Origin: Octopus bimaculoides
Lineage: Eukaryota
DNA: 40,210 bases
Assembly: GCF_001194135.2 (NCBI RefSeq)
Contig: NC_068994.1
Span: 14,042,764 to 14,082,973, forward strand
Direction: 5' to 3'
How positions within the stretch are numbered: position 1 is the first letter of the stretch; the number at the start of each line of letters is the position of its first letter. Below the pieces are notes generated by a model. The model made no database searches and was not told the origin of the DNA. It worked only from the letters and a program-made list of their open reading frames with translations. The translations under genes and the position numbers were made by a program. Shown here piece by piece: positions 21,050 through 32,194 of this stretch.

Positions 21050-21610
21050 GGGCCTGTTTCCCAGTTTCTGTGGCATATATATTCCCCATCTGGACAGGAC
21101 ACTGGTCTGTCGCAGGATCACTCATTTTTGTCGGCTGAGTGGACTGGAGCAATGTGAAATGAATTTGTAGTGACGTCATATGGCGCCAAAAAGGCATCGT
21201 CGCCATTACTGTATCTTTAACCACGCATGCGTGGATTTCAACATCCAAGCGTTCCCGCTTCTATTCTGTCTCTTACCACGCCAGACAGCGACCAAGCAAG
21301 ACGTCTAAAACAAGCTCTCTCATTGAGTGTGGTTGAACCAAGTTGTCACTCCAACGATCCATCTCAAGGGACAGTACATCTACATTCAGACGTCTCAGAA
21401 ACCGGACAATTGGAGGCTGTCCATTTTACCTTCAAAAATAAATGTTGTTGTTGATCAGTTTGGAGTTCTGCGTTCCGTTCACTTTTAATTTAATATAGGA
21501 AAGTCAGGTGTACATCTAATGATGTATAACCCACTTTCCTAAAAATTGTTCTGCTGAAGAACACAATACGTCGCCTGGTCCAGGAATCGAAACCACAATC
21601 TTATGACCAT
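21050..21610 (-). mobile_element. Family G SINE split into 21050-21165 and 21544-21610 by a ~380-bp insertion
   Basis: The two pieces join colinearly with the reverse complement of 19260-19383 (…GCAACGTGAAATGAA | ATGTTTTGCTCAAGAACACAAT…). Confidence 0.75.
21166..21543 (+). mobile_element. Unclassified LTR-like insertion with a terminal hairpin
   Basis: Begins TGTAGTGACGTCA, has AATAAA near 21437 and a hairpin at 21496-21541. AATT on both sides may be a target-site duplication. No canonical CA 3' end at the junction. Confidence 0.45.
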
Positions 21611-22041
21611 GATCATGAATCCAGGGAAATCACTATTATGATTATGGCAGGGTTAAAACGTTCTACAGGGCTCTGATTGGAAAAACATTAAGAAGATGCA
21701 TATGTCTGCTACTTAGTTCCTGTTCTGATTGGAACTGATTAGTTTACTTGTTAATGCTTTTAGGAAAGTTATGAACATCACAACCTCCTGTCAGCCCTTT
21801 AATCCTTGTAAATTTGAAGTGCCCTGCTTATGTAATAAAATATCTCTGTAATCAATCACCTCACGATGATGAGGTTTGTGTAAATTGTATGGCACCAGAC
21901 TAAATACATTATGATTTCTAGTTTGATGCCTGTCAGTGATTGTAAATTCAAGACTGCCTTTTGTTAGCAAAATGTTAATAAAATAACTTTTAATAATATA
22001 GAGAGTTGGTTTATTTGACTTGAAATCTCTGTTACACAAAA

Positions 22042-22422
22042 TTGTTGTTGTTGGCACTCCGTCGCTTACGATGTTGAGGGTTCCAGTTGATCCGATCAAC
22101 GGAACAGCCTGCTCGTGAAATTAACGTGCAAGTGGCTGAGCACTCCACAGACACGTGTACCCTTAACATAGTTCTCGGGGATATTCAGCGTGACACAGTG
22201 TGACAAGGCTGACCCTTTGAATTACAGAAACAGGAAGTAAGAGTGAGGGGAAGTTGTGGTGAAAGAGTACAGCAGGGTTCGCCACCATCCCCTGCCGGAG
22301 CCTCGTGGAGCTTTTTAGGTGTTTTCGCTCAATAAACACTCACAACGCCTGGTCTGAGAATCGAAACCGCGATCCTATGATCGCGAGTCCGCTGCCCTAA
22401 CCATTGGGTCATTGCGTCTCCC
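22042..22422 (-). mobile_element. Full-length family C tRNA-derived SINE with (CAA)n tail
   Basis: Minus strand GGGAGACGCAATGACCCAATGGTTAGGG (box A-like)...GGTTTCGATTCTC (box B)...GAGTGCCAACAACAACAA. Four further copies in the window. Confidence 0.9.
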
Positions 22423-23695
22423 CACTGAAATGGCACAGCACAAGATAAAATAACTTCTGCTCCTGAGTCATCTCCCCTCCGTCTTCTGAGCTTTCATCCT
22501 GCTAGGAGCAAATATTCATTTTGGAGCTGATAAAACAAAGTCCCAACCATTGTTGCTTAACTCCAGATTAAAATACATTGATCGCACTGTGACCCATGAT
22601 CAAGGGCAATCCAGCCATTACCAACACATCTTTTTTGCCTGCATGTTCTGAGAATCCTGTATTACAATATTTAAATTCTCCTTGATTGAAATGGTGGTGG
22701 TGGTGACAGATGGGAATTATTTGAGGCAAGTTTGCTGCTATTTCTAACAGATCAAGAGACCATATAGATGCGTCAATACGTTCTCATAACTGTCAATCAC
22801 GTGATGACGTCTATTTAATCGATAATATCCCGCTAATTAAAGTAACCAGGACATTGGGACCTAGTTTTTCTCCATCTGTAGTCCGTTGGGGCAAATTTGG
22901 GGTTTGTTTGGCCTAATGCGCCCTTAAATTTTTGCAGTAAAAAGTAAGAGGGCAGATAAAGATTGTTCATCCGCTAAAAAGAACAGCTAGTTATCCGCTT
23001 AAAAGAATAGCTACATGGCTAAAGTCAGTAACAGCAGCAGCAGCAGTCTCGTCAACAGAAACAATATCAAGAACACTACAGTACGTGCTAAGTCTGAAAG
23101 TATGTTTCTGTTGCTTTCAACACCTTCGTCATTGCAAGAACATCAAAAGAAATTAATGACAACGAAAAGCAACAACACCAGCACCACCATCATCGCTATT
23201 GGCAACAAACTTGCTATGTTTGTTGACACTCACTCTCCAATTAGCGTGGAGCGAAGTGGGGGTAGCGAAACCAGCAGTAGCAGCAGCAACAACAAAAACA
23301 ACAGCAACAACAAATAGCAGCTGCTGCAACAAAATAAATAGTGACCTATGTGTGACCTCTCCCAACACAACACAGCCATCCCCCCACCCGAAATGACCTG
23401 TTTGCTTCACGAGGGCAACAGGAAATACAGATAAAATAGAAATAAGAGGAAACGAATTAGGAGAAGCCAAACAAGTGCTAAAAAGGAGGGGGCCACAGAG
23501 TCAACCTCACACCTTCTGACATGCTGGAAAACACGCGATGTTGTACAGTAACATACCGTACAATTTGAAAGAAGTCAGGCGGGCTAGAGCAAACGACTGA
23601 GTCCCAGATCCAAAAGGTTTGGGGTTGCGTATGGGAATGCAAGACCCATATAACCCTTGGTAGGGGATTTGGGATGGTGGATGTATTATTTAAAA

Positions 23696-23901
23696 CAGGG
23701 GTTTTCAAACTTTTTGACTTGCGGACCCCTTTATATTTCAGGCTTTACCTTAGAGACCCCCTTATAAACGCTTATGAAATTTATACATAAATATTTGCTT
23801 AAAATAACATATATTTCTACATTTATTTATTTAACAGTATTTAACAAATAGGTTTATTGTCAATTAAAAGATTTCGATTAAAAAACATATATAAAATCAA
23901 A
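23696..23901 (-). mobile_element. hAT (Charlie/Buster-like) MITE, cut by a gap
   Basis: CAGGGGTTTTCAAAC TIR. Reverse complement of 31340-31547. Flank ATTTAAAA. Confidence 0.85.
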
Positions 23902-24873
23902 NNNNNNNNNNNNNNNNNNNNNNNNNNNNNNNNNNNNNNNNNNNNNNNNNNNNNNNNNNNNNNNNNNNNNNNNNNNNNNNNNNNNNNNNNNNNNNNNNNN
24001 NNNNNNNNNNNNNNNNNNNNNNNNNNNNNNNNNNNNNNNNNNNNNNNNNNNNNNNNNNNNNNNNNNNNNNNNNNNNNNNNNNNNNNNNNNNNNNNNNNNN
24101 NNNNNNNNNNNNNNNNNNNNNNNNNNNNNNNNNNNNNNNNNNNNNNNNNNNNNNNNNNNNNNNNNNNNNNNNNNNNNNNNNNNNNNNNNNNNNNNNNNNN
24201 NNNNNNNNNNNNNNNNNNNNNNNNNNNNNNNNNNNNNNNNNNNNNNNNNNNNNNNNNNNNNNNNNNNNNNNNNNNNNNNNNNNNNNNNNNNNNNNNNNNN
24301 NNNNNNNNNNNNNNNNNNNNNNNNNNNNNNNNNNNNNNNNNNNNNNNNNNNNNNNNNNNNNNNNNNNNNNNNNNNNNNNNNNNNNNNNNNNNNNNNNNNN
24401 NNNNNNNNNNNNNNNNNNNNNNNNNNNNNNNNNNNNNNNNNNNNNNNNNNNNNNNNNNNNNNNNNNNNNNNNNNNNNNNNNNNNNNNNNNNNNNNNNNNN
24501 NNNNNNNNNNNNNNNNNNNNNNNNNNNNNNNNNNNNNNNNNNNNNNNNNNNNNNNNNNNNNNNNNNNNNNNNNNNNNNNNNNNNNNNNNNNNNNNNNNNN
24601 NNNNNNNNNNNNNNNNNNNNNNNNNNNNNNNNNNNNNNNNNNNNNNNNNNNNNNNNNNNNNNNNNNNNNNNNNNNNNNNNNNNNNNNNNNNNNNNNNNNN
24701 NNNNNNNNNNNNNNNNNNNNNNNNNNNNNNNNNNNNNNNNNNNNNNNNNNNNNNNNNNNNNNNNNNNNNNNNNNNNNNNNNNNNNNNNNNNNNNNNNNNN
24801 NNNNNNNNNNNNNNNNNNNNNNNNNNNNNNNNNNNNNNNNNNNNNNNNNNNNNNNNNNNNNNNNNNNNNNNNN

Positions 24874-25179
24874 CGGAACAGCCTGCTCGTGAAATTAACG
24901 TGCAAGTGGCTGAGCACTCCACAGACACGTGTACCCTTAACGTAGTTCTCGGGGATATTCAGCGGGACACGGCTGACCCTTTGAATTACAGGCACAACAG
25001 AAACAGGAAGTAAGAGTGAGAAAACGTTGTGGTGAAAGAGTACAGCAAAGTTTGCCACCATCCCCTGCCGGAGCCTCGTGGAGCTCTAGGTGTTTTCGCT
25101 CAATAAACACTCACAACGCCCGGTCTGGGAATCGAAACCGCGATCCTATGATCGCGAGTCCGCTGCCATTGCGCCTCCC
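24874..25179 (-). mobile_element. Family C SINE (tail lost in gap; small deletion in the head)
   Basis: High identity to 22091-22422. Confidence 0.9.
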
Positions 25180-26043
25180 AATTGAGGACTAGTAACCCGA
25201 TATATCAATTTCTTAATCGCTTTAAGAGTTTGTCCACAAATTTAATTTAATTTTTCTTCTATGTGTAGGTATTAACTTATCAATAACCAATTCATTTGTT
25301 TTACTTATGTCTGATTTTGAATGCATATAGATCTAACTATAGAATAAGTTGTGAAGTTAGGCTTGTGAACCTTCAAATTTATTCGTGGTACTCTAAGTTT
25401 ATACGGCTTAGTCCTGTCTTCTGCTTATAATCTATCTACTATATCTTTCTCCACACCCTGTTAATATTATTTTTTAAAAAACCTTAGAGATAATTTTTAC
25501 AAGTCTTCAAAACACCCTTCCTAAACAAGATATTTAAAAAATTTAGTCTTATCAGCGTGAACAGGATCTCGTTTTTAGTTCCTTAGTTCAGAAGTGTAGC
25601 TTCCTTAAATGTTCATTTCGTCTCATAGAGAATTTATGGAATTCAATGTTGCTCACAGGATAGTGACGTTGTTCCTAACAAGATGTTATTGCTAATAAGA
25701 AAGGCAGTGCAGGAAGAACAGTGAATAACAATGGGGAAAACTCTGAATAATAGATATAACGCCAAGGAGTGTGCGCGCAGCTATGCGAACCAAAAGAGAA
25801 TTAACATTAACAGGACCGTTATAATCAATAGGCAGTATGTAGATAAAAATAAATAGAATTAATGAGATAGATAATAAAATCATTAACAACGATAATAACG
25901 ATGATAAGGGTAGCAGGAATAGTAGTAGCAATAGTAGTAGTAGCAATAGTAGTAGATCTTTCTATTGAAAGATCAAAGAACGTAGAAATAGAATGAAAAA
26001 AAAAACCTGACTCAGAGCATTATTAATATTTTTTATAAAAACA

Positions 26044-26352
26044 ATTTTGAAACTGGGGTTCTCATTCCTAAGGTATTTTTCGATGTTATTATTATTATTA
26101 TTATTCAGGTCATTGCCTGGAATCGAACTTGGTTCGTATTCCTTTCTATTGCCAGTATTAGGTGTTGAGCAAGGAATATCCTCTATATTAAGATATGATA
26201 TACACTTGCCATGCACATGCCTCTCCTGTCTGAACTGGGGTTACTAGCCCGCGCTCTTAACCACTACGGGCATATGAGGTAGTGGTTAAGAGCGCGGGCT
26301 ACTAACCCCAAGATTCCGAGTTCGATTCCAGGCAGTGACCTGAATAATAATG

Positions 26353-26404
<52 letters not shown>

Positions 26405-26561
26405 CAACAACATCTAAAAATACCTTAGGAATGAGAACCCCAGGTTCAAAATTTCCTCAAGACACCTGATGAAGGCTGGAGGGTATATCAGCCGAAACGT
26501 TGTGTTTAACAACAAACAAGACGAGGACAAATATCCGTCAAATGTAGATAATGTAAATAAT
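26044..26561. mobile_element. Family D tRNA-headed element, head-to-head palindrome; right arm appears complete and carries a hammerhead
   Basis: Left arm 26044-26267 (minus, interrupted at 26131-26238). Right arm 26268-26561: GGGCATATGAGGTAGTGGTTAAGAGCGCGGGCTACTAACCCC...GAGTTCGATTCC (box B), (AAT)n, linker, hammerhead, then the tail AATGTAGATAATGTAAATAAT. Confidence 0.85.
26461..26506 (+). ncRNA. Minimal type I hammerhead ribozyme (Penelope/retrozyme-like)
   Basis: GACAC-CTGATGA-A-GGCTG[GAGGGTATAT]CAGCC-GAAA-CG-TT-GTGTT. Stem I is GACAC/GTGTT, stem II is GGCTG/CAGCC, core boxes are CUGAUGA and GAAA, and stem III is the palindrome AACGUU. Predicted cut after U26501. Confidence 0.8.
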
Positions 26562-27502
26562 GAACAAAACTCATGTTATATATAACGAATCAGAGATATC
26601 CAGTTCAGACAGGTGCAGCATGTGCATGTCAAATGTTTCGTATCTTAATATGAAGGATATTCCTCGCTCAACACCTAATACTGGCAATAGAAAGGAATAC
26701 GAACCTTTCAGATTGAGAAGCACTCAGTGATTGACTTTACCGGTTATGTATTTACAGCACTCGTCTAAAACTACCCAGTGAATAACCTATGCTGAAACCC
26801 CATCACTCCGCACCAAAAAACAAACAAACAAACGAACAAAAACCCCCCAGAAAAAAACATACTATATAAATGTTCAGTAACAATAGGGAAAATGCTGACA
26901 GGTATATAGGTGCTTGTGCAACTAGATTTAAATCAATGTTATATAATCACGTATCTTCGTGTAACTATAGGAAAATAAAATAAAATTTCACTTCTTTAAG
27001 TAAATTTACCAGGAGCCTTAAAGTGAATATGTTAAGTAAGTACTTTAATTGGTTAATTATCTAAATCGTTTTAAAATTAATTTTTAATTATTGTTTATTT
27101 TTAGTTATATTTTATAATTGAATTGATCATTTTTTTAAATCTTTAAACTTAAGTTTAAAAAATGTTTTACAATATATACTTCTTCTTAATATTAACATAC
27201 TTATAAATATACTAGAATCTAGTAACAAGATTATCTTTTAGAGACAAATATTAAGTAGAGTCCTTCGCCTCTGATTTAATTTAGTCTCTTTCATCTAGGA
27301 TTTTATTTTATATTTTTTATTTCTTAAAACTCGCTTTATTTCATCTTGTCCAAATTTGGAATATAATTATTCCTAATATATAGTCTTCTAGCGTGTAATG
27401 GAATATTCTCCTTAGTGAATACCATATTTCCAACCTTTTCCTTTAGAATTCTCATTAACTGATTCTGACTTCTCTTATTCATTGTCTGTATGATATATCG
27501 AG

Positions 27503-27710
27503 AGCTGGCAGAAACGTTAGCACGCCGGGTGAAATACTTAGCGGTATTTCGTCTGTCTTTACGTTCTGAGTTCAAATTCCGCCGAGGTCGACTTTGCCTT
27601 TCAGCCTTCCGGGTTCGATAAATTAAGTACCAATTGCGTATTGGCGTCGATCTAATCGACTGGGCCCTCCCCCCCAAATTTCGGGCCTTGTGCCTAGGGT
27701 AGAAAAGAAT
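27503..27710 (+). mobile_element. Family F tRNA-derived SINE
   Basis: GAGCTGGCAGAAACGTTAGC (box A-like)...GAGTTCAAATTCC (box B)...GAGGTCGACTTTGCCTTTCA...GATAAATTAAGTACC. Related copies at 34715, 36190 and 39660. Confidence 0.8.
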
Positions 27711-27911
27711 ATATCGTGAGATATTATGAATTAAATTACAATTCTGTATTGACTGAATAATCTATCTACTAAATAAAATTATTTCAACATACTCTTACCG
27801 TATCATTGTATATGAACGGGTTAATTAAAATATGTGTGGGATCACCTTGTGTTGCTGCCTGAATTCATTTAGATGCCCAGGCACTTGAAGTGGCATATAT
27901 TTCTTTGCTAG

Positions 27912-27944
<33 letters not shown>

Positions 27945-28060
27945 TAAATTCCATTCTATTTGAAGAACCTAATATACAGAAGTACCTAATATATATACGG
28001 AAAAATCTCATATACTGGTGCACATTGAGTACACGAGCAGGTACATTTGGGAATATTGGA

Positions 28061-28285
28061 GTCATTGCTTACGGAGGCGTAAACACACCAATACCGTTTG
28101 GGAAACGCTGGTGGGGGACAAACATAGATACAAAGACACACACACACACACACATATATATATACAACTGGCTTTTTTCAGTTTCTGCCTTCCAAATCCA
28201 TTCACACGGTTTTGGTTGGCCCGAGGCTAAAGTAGAAGACACTTGCCCAAGATACCACGCAGTGGGACTGAACCCGGAACCACAC
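28061..28285 (-). mobile_element. Family A SINE, partial
   Basis: GTAAACACACCAATACCG...GGGGACAAACATAG...TTCAGTTTCTGCCTTCCAAATCC...GGACTGAACCCGGAACCAC. Confidence 0.8.
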
Positions 28286-28727
28286 AGCATGATAATTAAA
28301 TTCAATTTTAACAGTTTTCATGTACTTTTACATGGCTTAAATGACCCTTCAGTAATGTAGTTGCTGTTTTTAACTTCCTTTTTGTTCCAAGAACGCCTTT
28401 TTTTCTTCTTTTCAGAATCTTTCAGTTATCATTGTGACTTTGTGTCAAATGGAGTCTATTCTAAAAGGCAAGAGGTTTGTAATGAAAAGTTTCCCCGTTA
28501 CAAAACAAATCCACTCCGTGTCTTATCCTACTTTGATAATAAAACAAGCCATAAAACCTTTAGGTTTAAATGCTCAGATAATATAATAGGCCCTTGAAGT
28601 GGAATGTATTTCTTTGTTAGACGTATAAATGCACATACACACATATATATACATACATACAGACACACACACATACATATTCCTGCTCTCACACTGATAG
28701 GTGTGTCTGTATGTGTATGTATGTATG

Positions 28728-28880
28728 CTTTGGTGACGAATAAATAAATGAAAAATATACATAGTAATACGAGACTTGAATAAAATACATACAAAACAAC
28801 AAAAAGCATGTCTGTTTAAATGTTAATGCGACTGCGTGTTTGTGAATATGCGTATGTGTGTGTGTACATAAACATGCACA

Positions 28881-28911
<31 letters not shown>

Positions 28912-29073
28912 GCGCACGCATACGCACACACACACATTCACTCACACGCAGACGTATTAACATTTAAACAGGCATGCTTTTTTGTTTTTATTGGTTTGAG
29001 CGTATTTCAAATATTTAATTTTTGTGTTTACTGTGTATATTTTTTAAATTTATTTATTTATTCGTCGCGAAAG
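28728..29073. repeat. Imperfect inverted repeat (~120-140-bp arms) with a microsatellite loop
   Basis: 28728-28847 is approximately the reverse complement of 28936-29073. Confidence 0.8.
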
Positions 29074-29144
29074 TATATAAAAACCTCAGATTTAGCTTCA
29101 GTTCGAGCCATTTTTGTTATTTCATTGTCCTTTACTGCTTGGTG

Positions 29145-29201
29145 AGAAGAAGGAGAAGAAGAAGAAAAAGGAAGAAGAAGAAGAAAAAGGAAGAAGAAGA
29201 A
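29145..29201. repeat. (GAA)n microsatellite
   Basis: Direct reading. Confidence 0.9.
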
Positions 29202-29359
29202 TCTCATAAGTTACAAGCACCTATAGAAAAAGAAAATGAAGAGCTTCATTTGCGTTGTATTAATTTTGTGCATCTCATCGATCCATTCACAAAAATGTAA
29301 GTCGTAACCATTTATATTTTCTTCATATTAAAAATCTCTTAACCCCGCTTTAGGTAGCA

Positions 29360-29880
29360 AATTAACAGAATCATGAGTGATCCGGACAAAATGCCTGGTG
29401 GTATATTATTCCAGCTTTTTTACATTCTGAGATCAAATCCCGTCGAAGTTAGTTTTACATGTCATCCTCCCAGGGGCGGTGGTTTTTGCTACGGTGGTTA
29501 AGCAAAGATGGACTAACGGCAGTGTTAGAGGGTCGGACAAAATATGTAGCGGTACTTATTCCAGGTTTGTGTATTCTGGGTTCAACATTACTTTTTATCC
29601 TCCCGTAATCGATAAGTTAAGTGCTGGTCTACAAAGACAGACTGACAGAAATATTAGAGGATCGGACAAAATGCCCAATGGCATTTATTCTGGCCTTTTC
29701 AAATCCCACTGATGTCAATTTTACCGTTTATGATCTCAGGGAGGAAAAAATAAAACGTGGTAAACTTGTAGAAACAAAAGTTGAACACTCATACGTGCAT
29801 TCGAAGAAGTAACCTTATGGTATTCCTTGTTATATTCTGGTTCTTTGTGTTTCGAGTTCAAAATCACTCCCGCTAAGGAT
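29360..29880 (+). repeat. Degenerate tandem of family F-like SINE heads
   Basis: GGACAAAATGCC/GGACAAAATATG/GGACAAAATGCC at about 29382, 29536 and 29664, each followed by TATTC..G..TTCTG/TTCAAATCCC-like blocks. Confidence 0.55.
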
Positions 29881-29981
29881 AGTAGTTTGGCACCATCACT
29901 TGGCACATTGGATCATTGTAGCGAACTCCATTCTTGGAGGTGTTTCGAGGATACTGTTTCTCCTTTCTTTCCGTCTAAGAT

Positions 29982-30035
<54 letters not shown>

Positions 30036-30132
30036 AATAGCCTGTCCATGCTACCGATATTGTTCAAGGGAAAAGCAAAGGCTGATACAGCTCGGCACCA
30101 GTGACNNNNNNNNNNNNNNNNNNNNNNNNNNN

Positions 30133-30486
30133 AGGGTTCCAGTTGATCTGATCAACGGAACAGCCTACTCGTGAAATTAACGTGCAAGTGGCTGAGCACT
30201 CCACAGACACGTGTACCCTCAACGTAGTTCTCGGGGATATTCAGCGTGACACAGTGTGACAAGGCTGACCCTTTGAATTACAGGCACAACAGAAACAGGA
30301 AGTAAGAGTGAGAGAAAGTTGTGGTGGAAGAGTACAGCAGGGTTCGCCACCATCCCCTGTCGGAGCCTCGTGGAGCTTTAAGTGTTTTCGCTCAATAAAC
30401 ACTCACAACGCCCGGTCTGGGAATCGAAACCGCGATCCTATGACCGCGAGTCCGCTGCCCTAACCACTGAACCATTGCGCCTCCAC
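30133..30486 (-). mobile_element. Family C SINE
   Basis: High identity to 22078-22422. Confidence 0.9.
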
Positions 30487-31263
30487 CAAGATAGGAATAA
30501 ACATAACTGAATACTGCAAGGCATTTGGTCCATGATTTCACCTTTAACTGAATGTGGACAATCCAGTCCAATTCAAAGTAACATTTGAGGGCTCTTTGGT
30601 TGATATTTCTTTGTAGGTTGATCAATCAGATAGAGGCTTCTTTCTTACCATAAATTTTGTATTGGAGGGAAAGGGTACTTGGCTAATTTTTATTATTCAT
30701 CTTCCCAATAAAGAAAAGAAAAAGGATAAGAAAAGGTGTGTAGTTTTATGATTTGAACTTGGGATAGGAATAAATGTATCTAAATACTGCAAGGCATTTG
30801 GTCAACAACTCCACTGACCCTATCATCATACACCGCCCTAACACTTGTCTATGTTGCCCCACTGATTCTAACATTCAGCAACCTAACCTTAATCCACGCC
30901 ACTCCACTTATTTCTAACATTACTTACTTTAACACTGGCCTGTCATTTATTGTCACCCAACGATACATAATGTATTTTGTCCACCACTCTGCCGAGCCTG
31001 CCAGTCCACTGACCTTAAAAGAAGTAATTAATAATAATGATTACTATCAGAGATAGAAAGCCATATATTTCTAAAGCCAAGATATAAAGTCTTATTAGGA
31101 TTGTCTTTGTCCACACTCAACAAATTTGTGCCACACTCAACAAATTAATGCTAACTTCACTTTCCAGTCGAACTATAGATATAACAAAGAATTAAATACC
31201 TTTTGTCACGTTACTAGTCACGTATGGTTGTGTGTTGCATAGACAAACATATGTGATTTAAGC

Positions 31264-31547
31264 CAGGGGTTTTCAAACTGTGGTCCGCGGACCACAGGGG
31301 GTCCGCAAGGACAAGACAAGGGTCCGTGGACAGCAAATACTTTTTATGGGCAATTTGTTTTTTAATCGAAATCTTTTAATTGACAATAAACCTATTTGTT
31401 AAATACTGTTAAATAAATAAATGCAAAAATATATGTTATTTTAAGCAAATATTTATGTATAAATTTCATAAGCGTTTATAAGGGGGTCCCTAAGGTAAAG
31501 CCTGAAATATAAAGGGGTCCGCAAGTCAAAAGGTTTGAAAACCCCTG
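31264..31547 (+). mobile_element. Complete hAT (Charlie/Buster-like) MITE with 8-bp TSD
   Basis: TIRs CAGGGGTTTTCAAAC / GTTTGAAAACCCCTG. Exact TSD ATTTAAGC at 31256-31263 and 31548-31555 (nnnTAnnn pattern). Confidence 0.95.
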
Positions 31548-32194
31548 ATTTAAGCAATGTTTCGATATTAGTACATGACATCAGTCTTGAGTGTGTACGT
31601 GTGTTTGTTCAGCTGTAACGAGCAGAAGAAACACAGTGGCACACACTCACTTATGACATCATAGACTTTTACCAAAAGACNNNNNNNNNNNNNNNNNNNN
31701 NNNNNNNNNNNNNNNNNNNNNNNNNNNNNNNNNNNNNNNNNNNNNNNNNNNNNNNNNNNNNNNNNNNNNNNNNNNNNNNNNNNNNNNNNNNNNNNNNNNN
31801 NNNNNNNNNNNNNNNNNNNNNNNNNNNNNNNNNNNNNNNNNNNNNNNNNNNNNNNNNNNNNNNNNNNNNNNNNNNNNNNNNNNNNNNNNNNNNNNNNNNN
31901 NNNNNNNNNNNNNNNNNNNNNNNNNNNNNNNNNNNNNNNNNNNNNNNNNNNNNNNNNNNNNNNNNNNNNNNNNNNNNNNNNNNNNNNNNNNNNNNNNNNN
32001 NNNNNNNNNNNNNNNNNNNNNNNNNNNNNNNNNNNNNNNNNNNNNNNNNNNNNNNNNNNNNNNNNNNNNNNNNNNNNNNNNNNNNNNNNNNNNNNNNNNN
32101 NNNNNNNNNNNNNNNNNNNNNNNNNNNNNNNNNNNNNNNNNNNNNNNNNNNNNNNNNNNNNNNNNNNNNNNNNNNNNNNNNNNNNNNNNNATAT

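Noticed and set aside
23199-23396. Signal-peptide-like small secreted protein (MATNLLCLLTLTLQLAWS...)
   Set aside because: It starts at TTG, is low-complexity from CAG/CAA runs and has no recognisable family; kept only as part of the unique-island finding.
26268-26340. Functional tRNA gene (CTACTAA loop, ACT triplet)
   Set aside because: The acceptor stem does not pair, and the sequence is followed by (AAT)n and an element body in both copies, so it is a tRNA-derived head.
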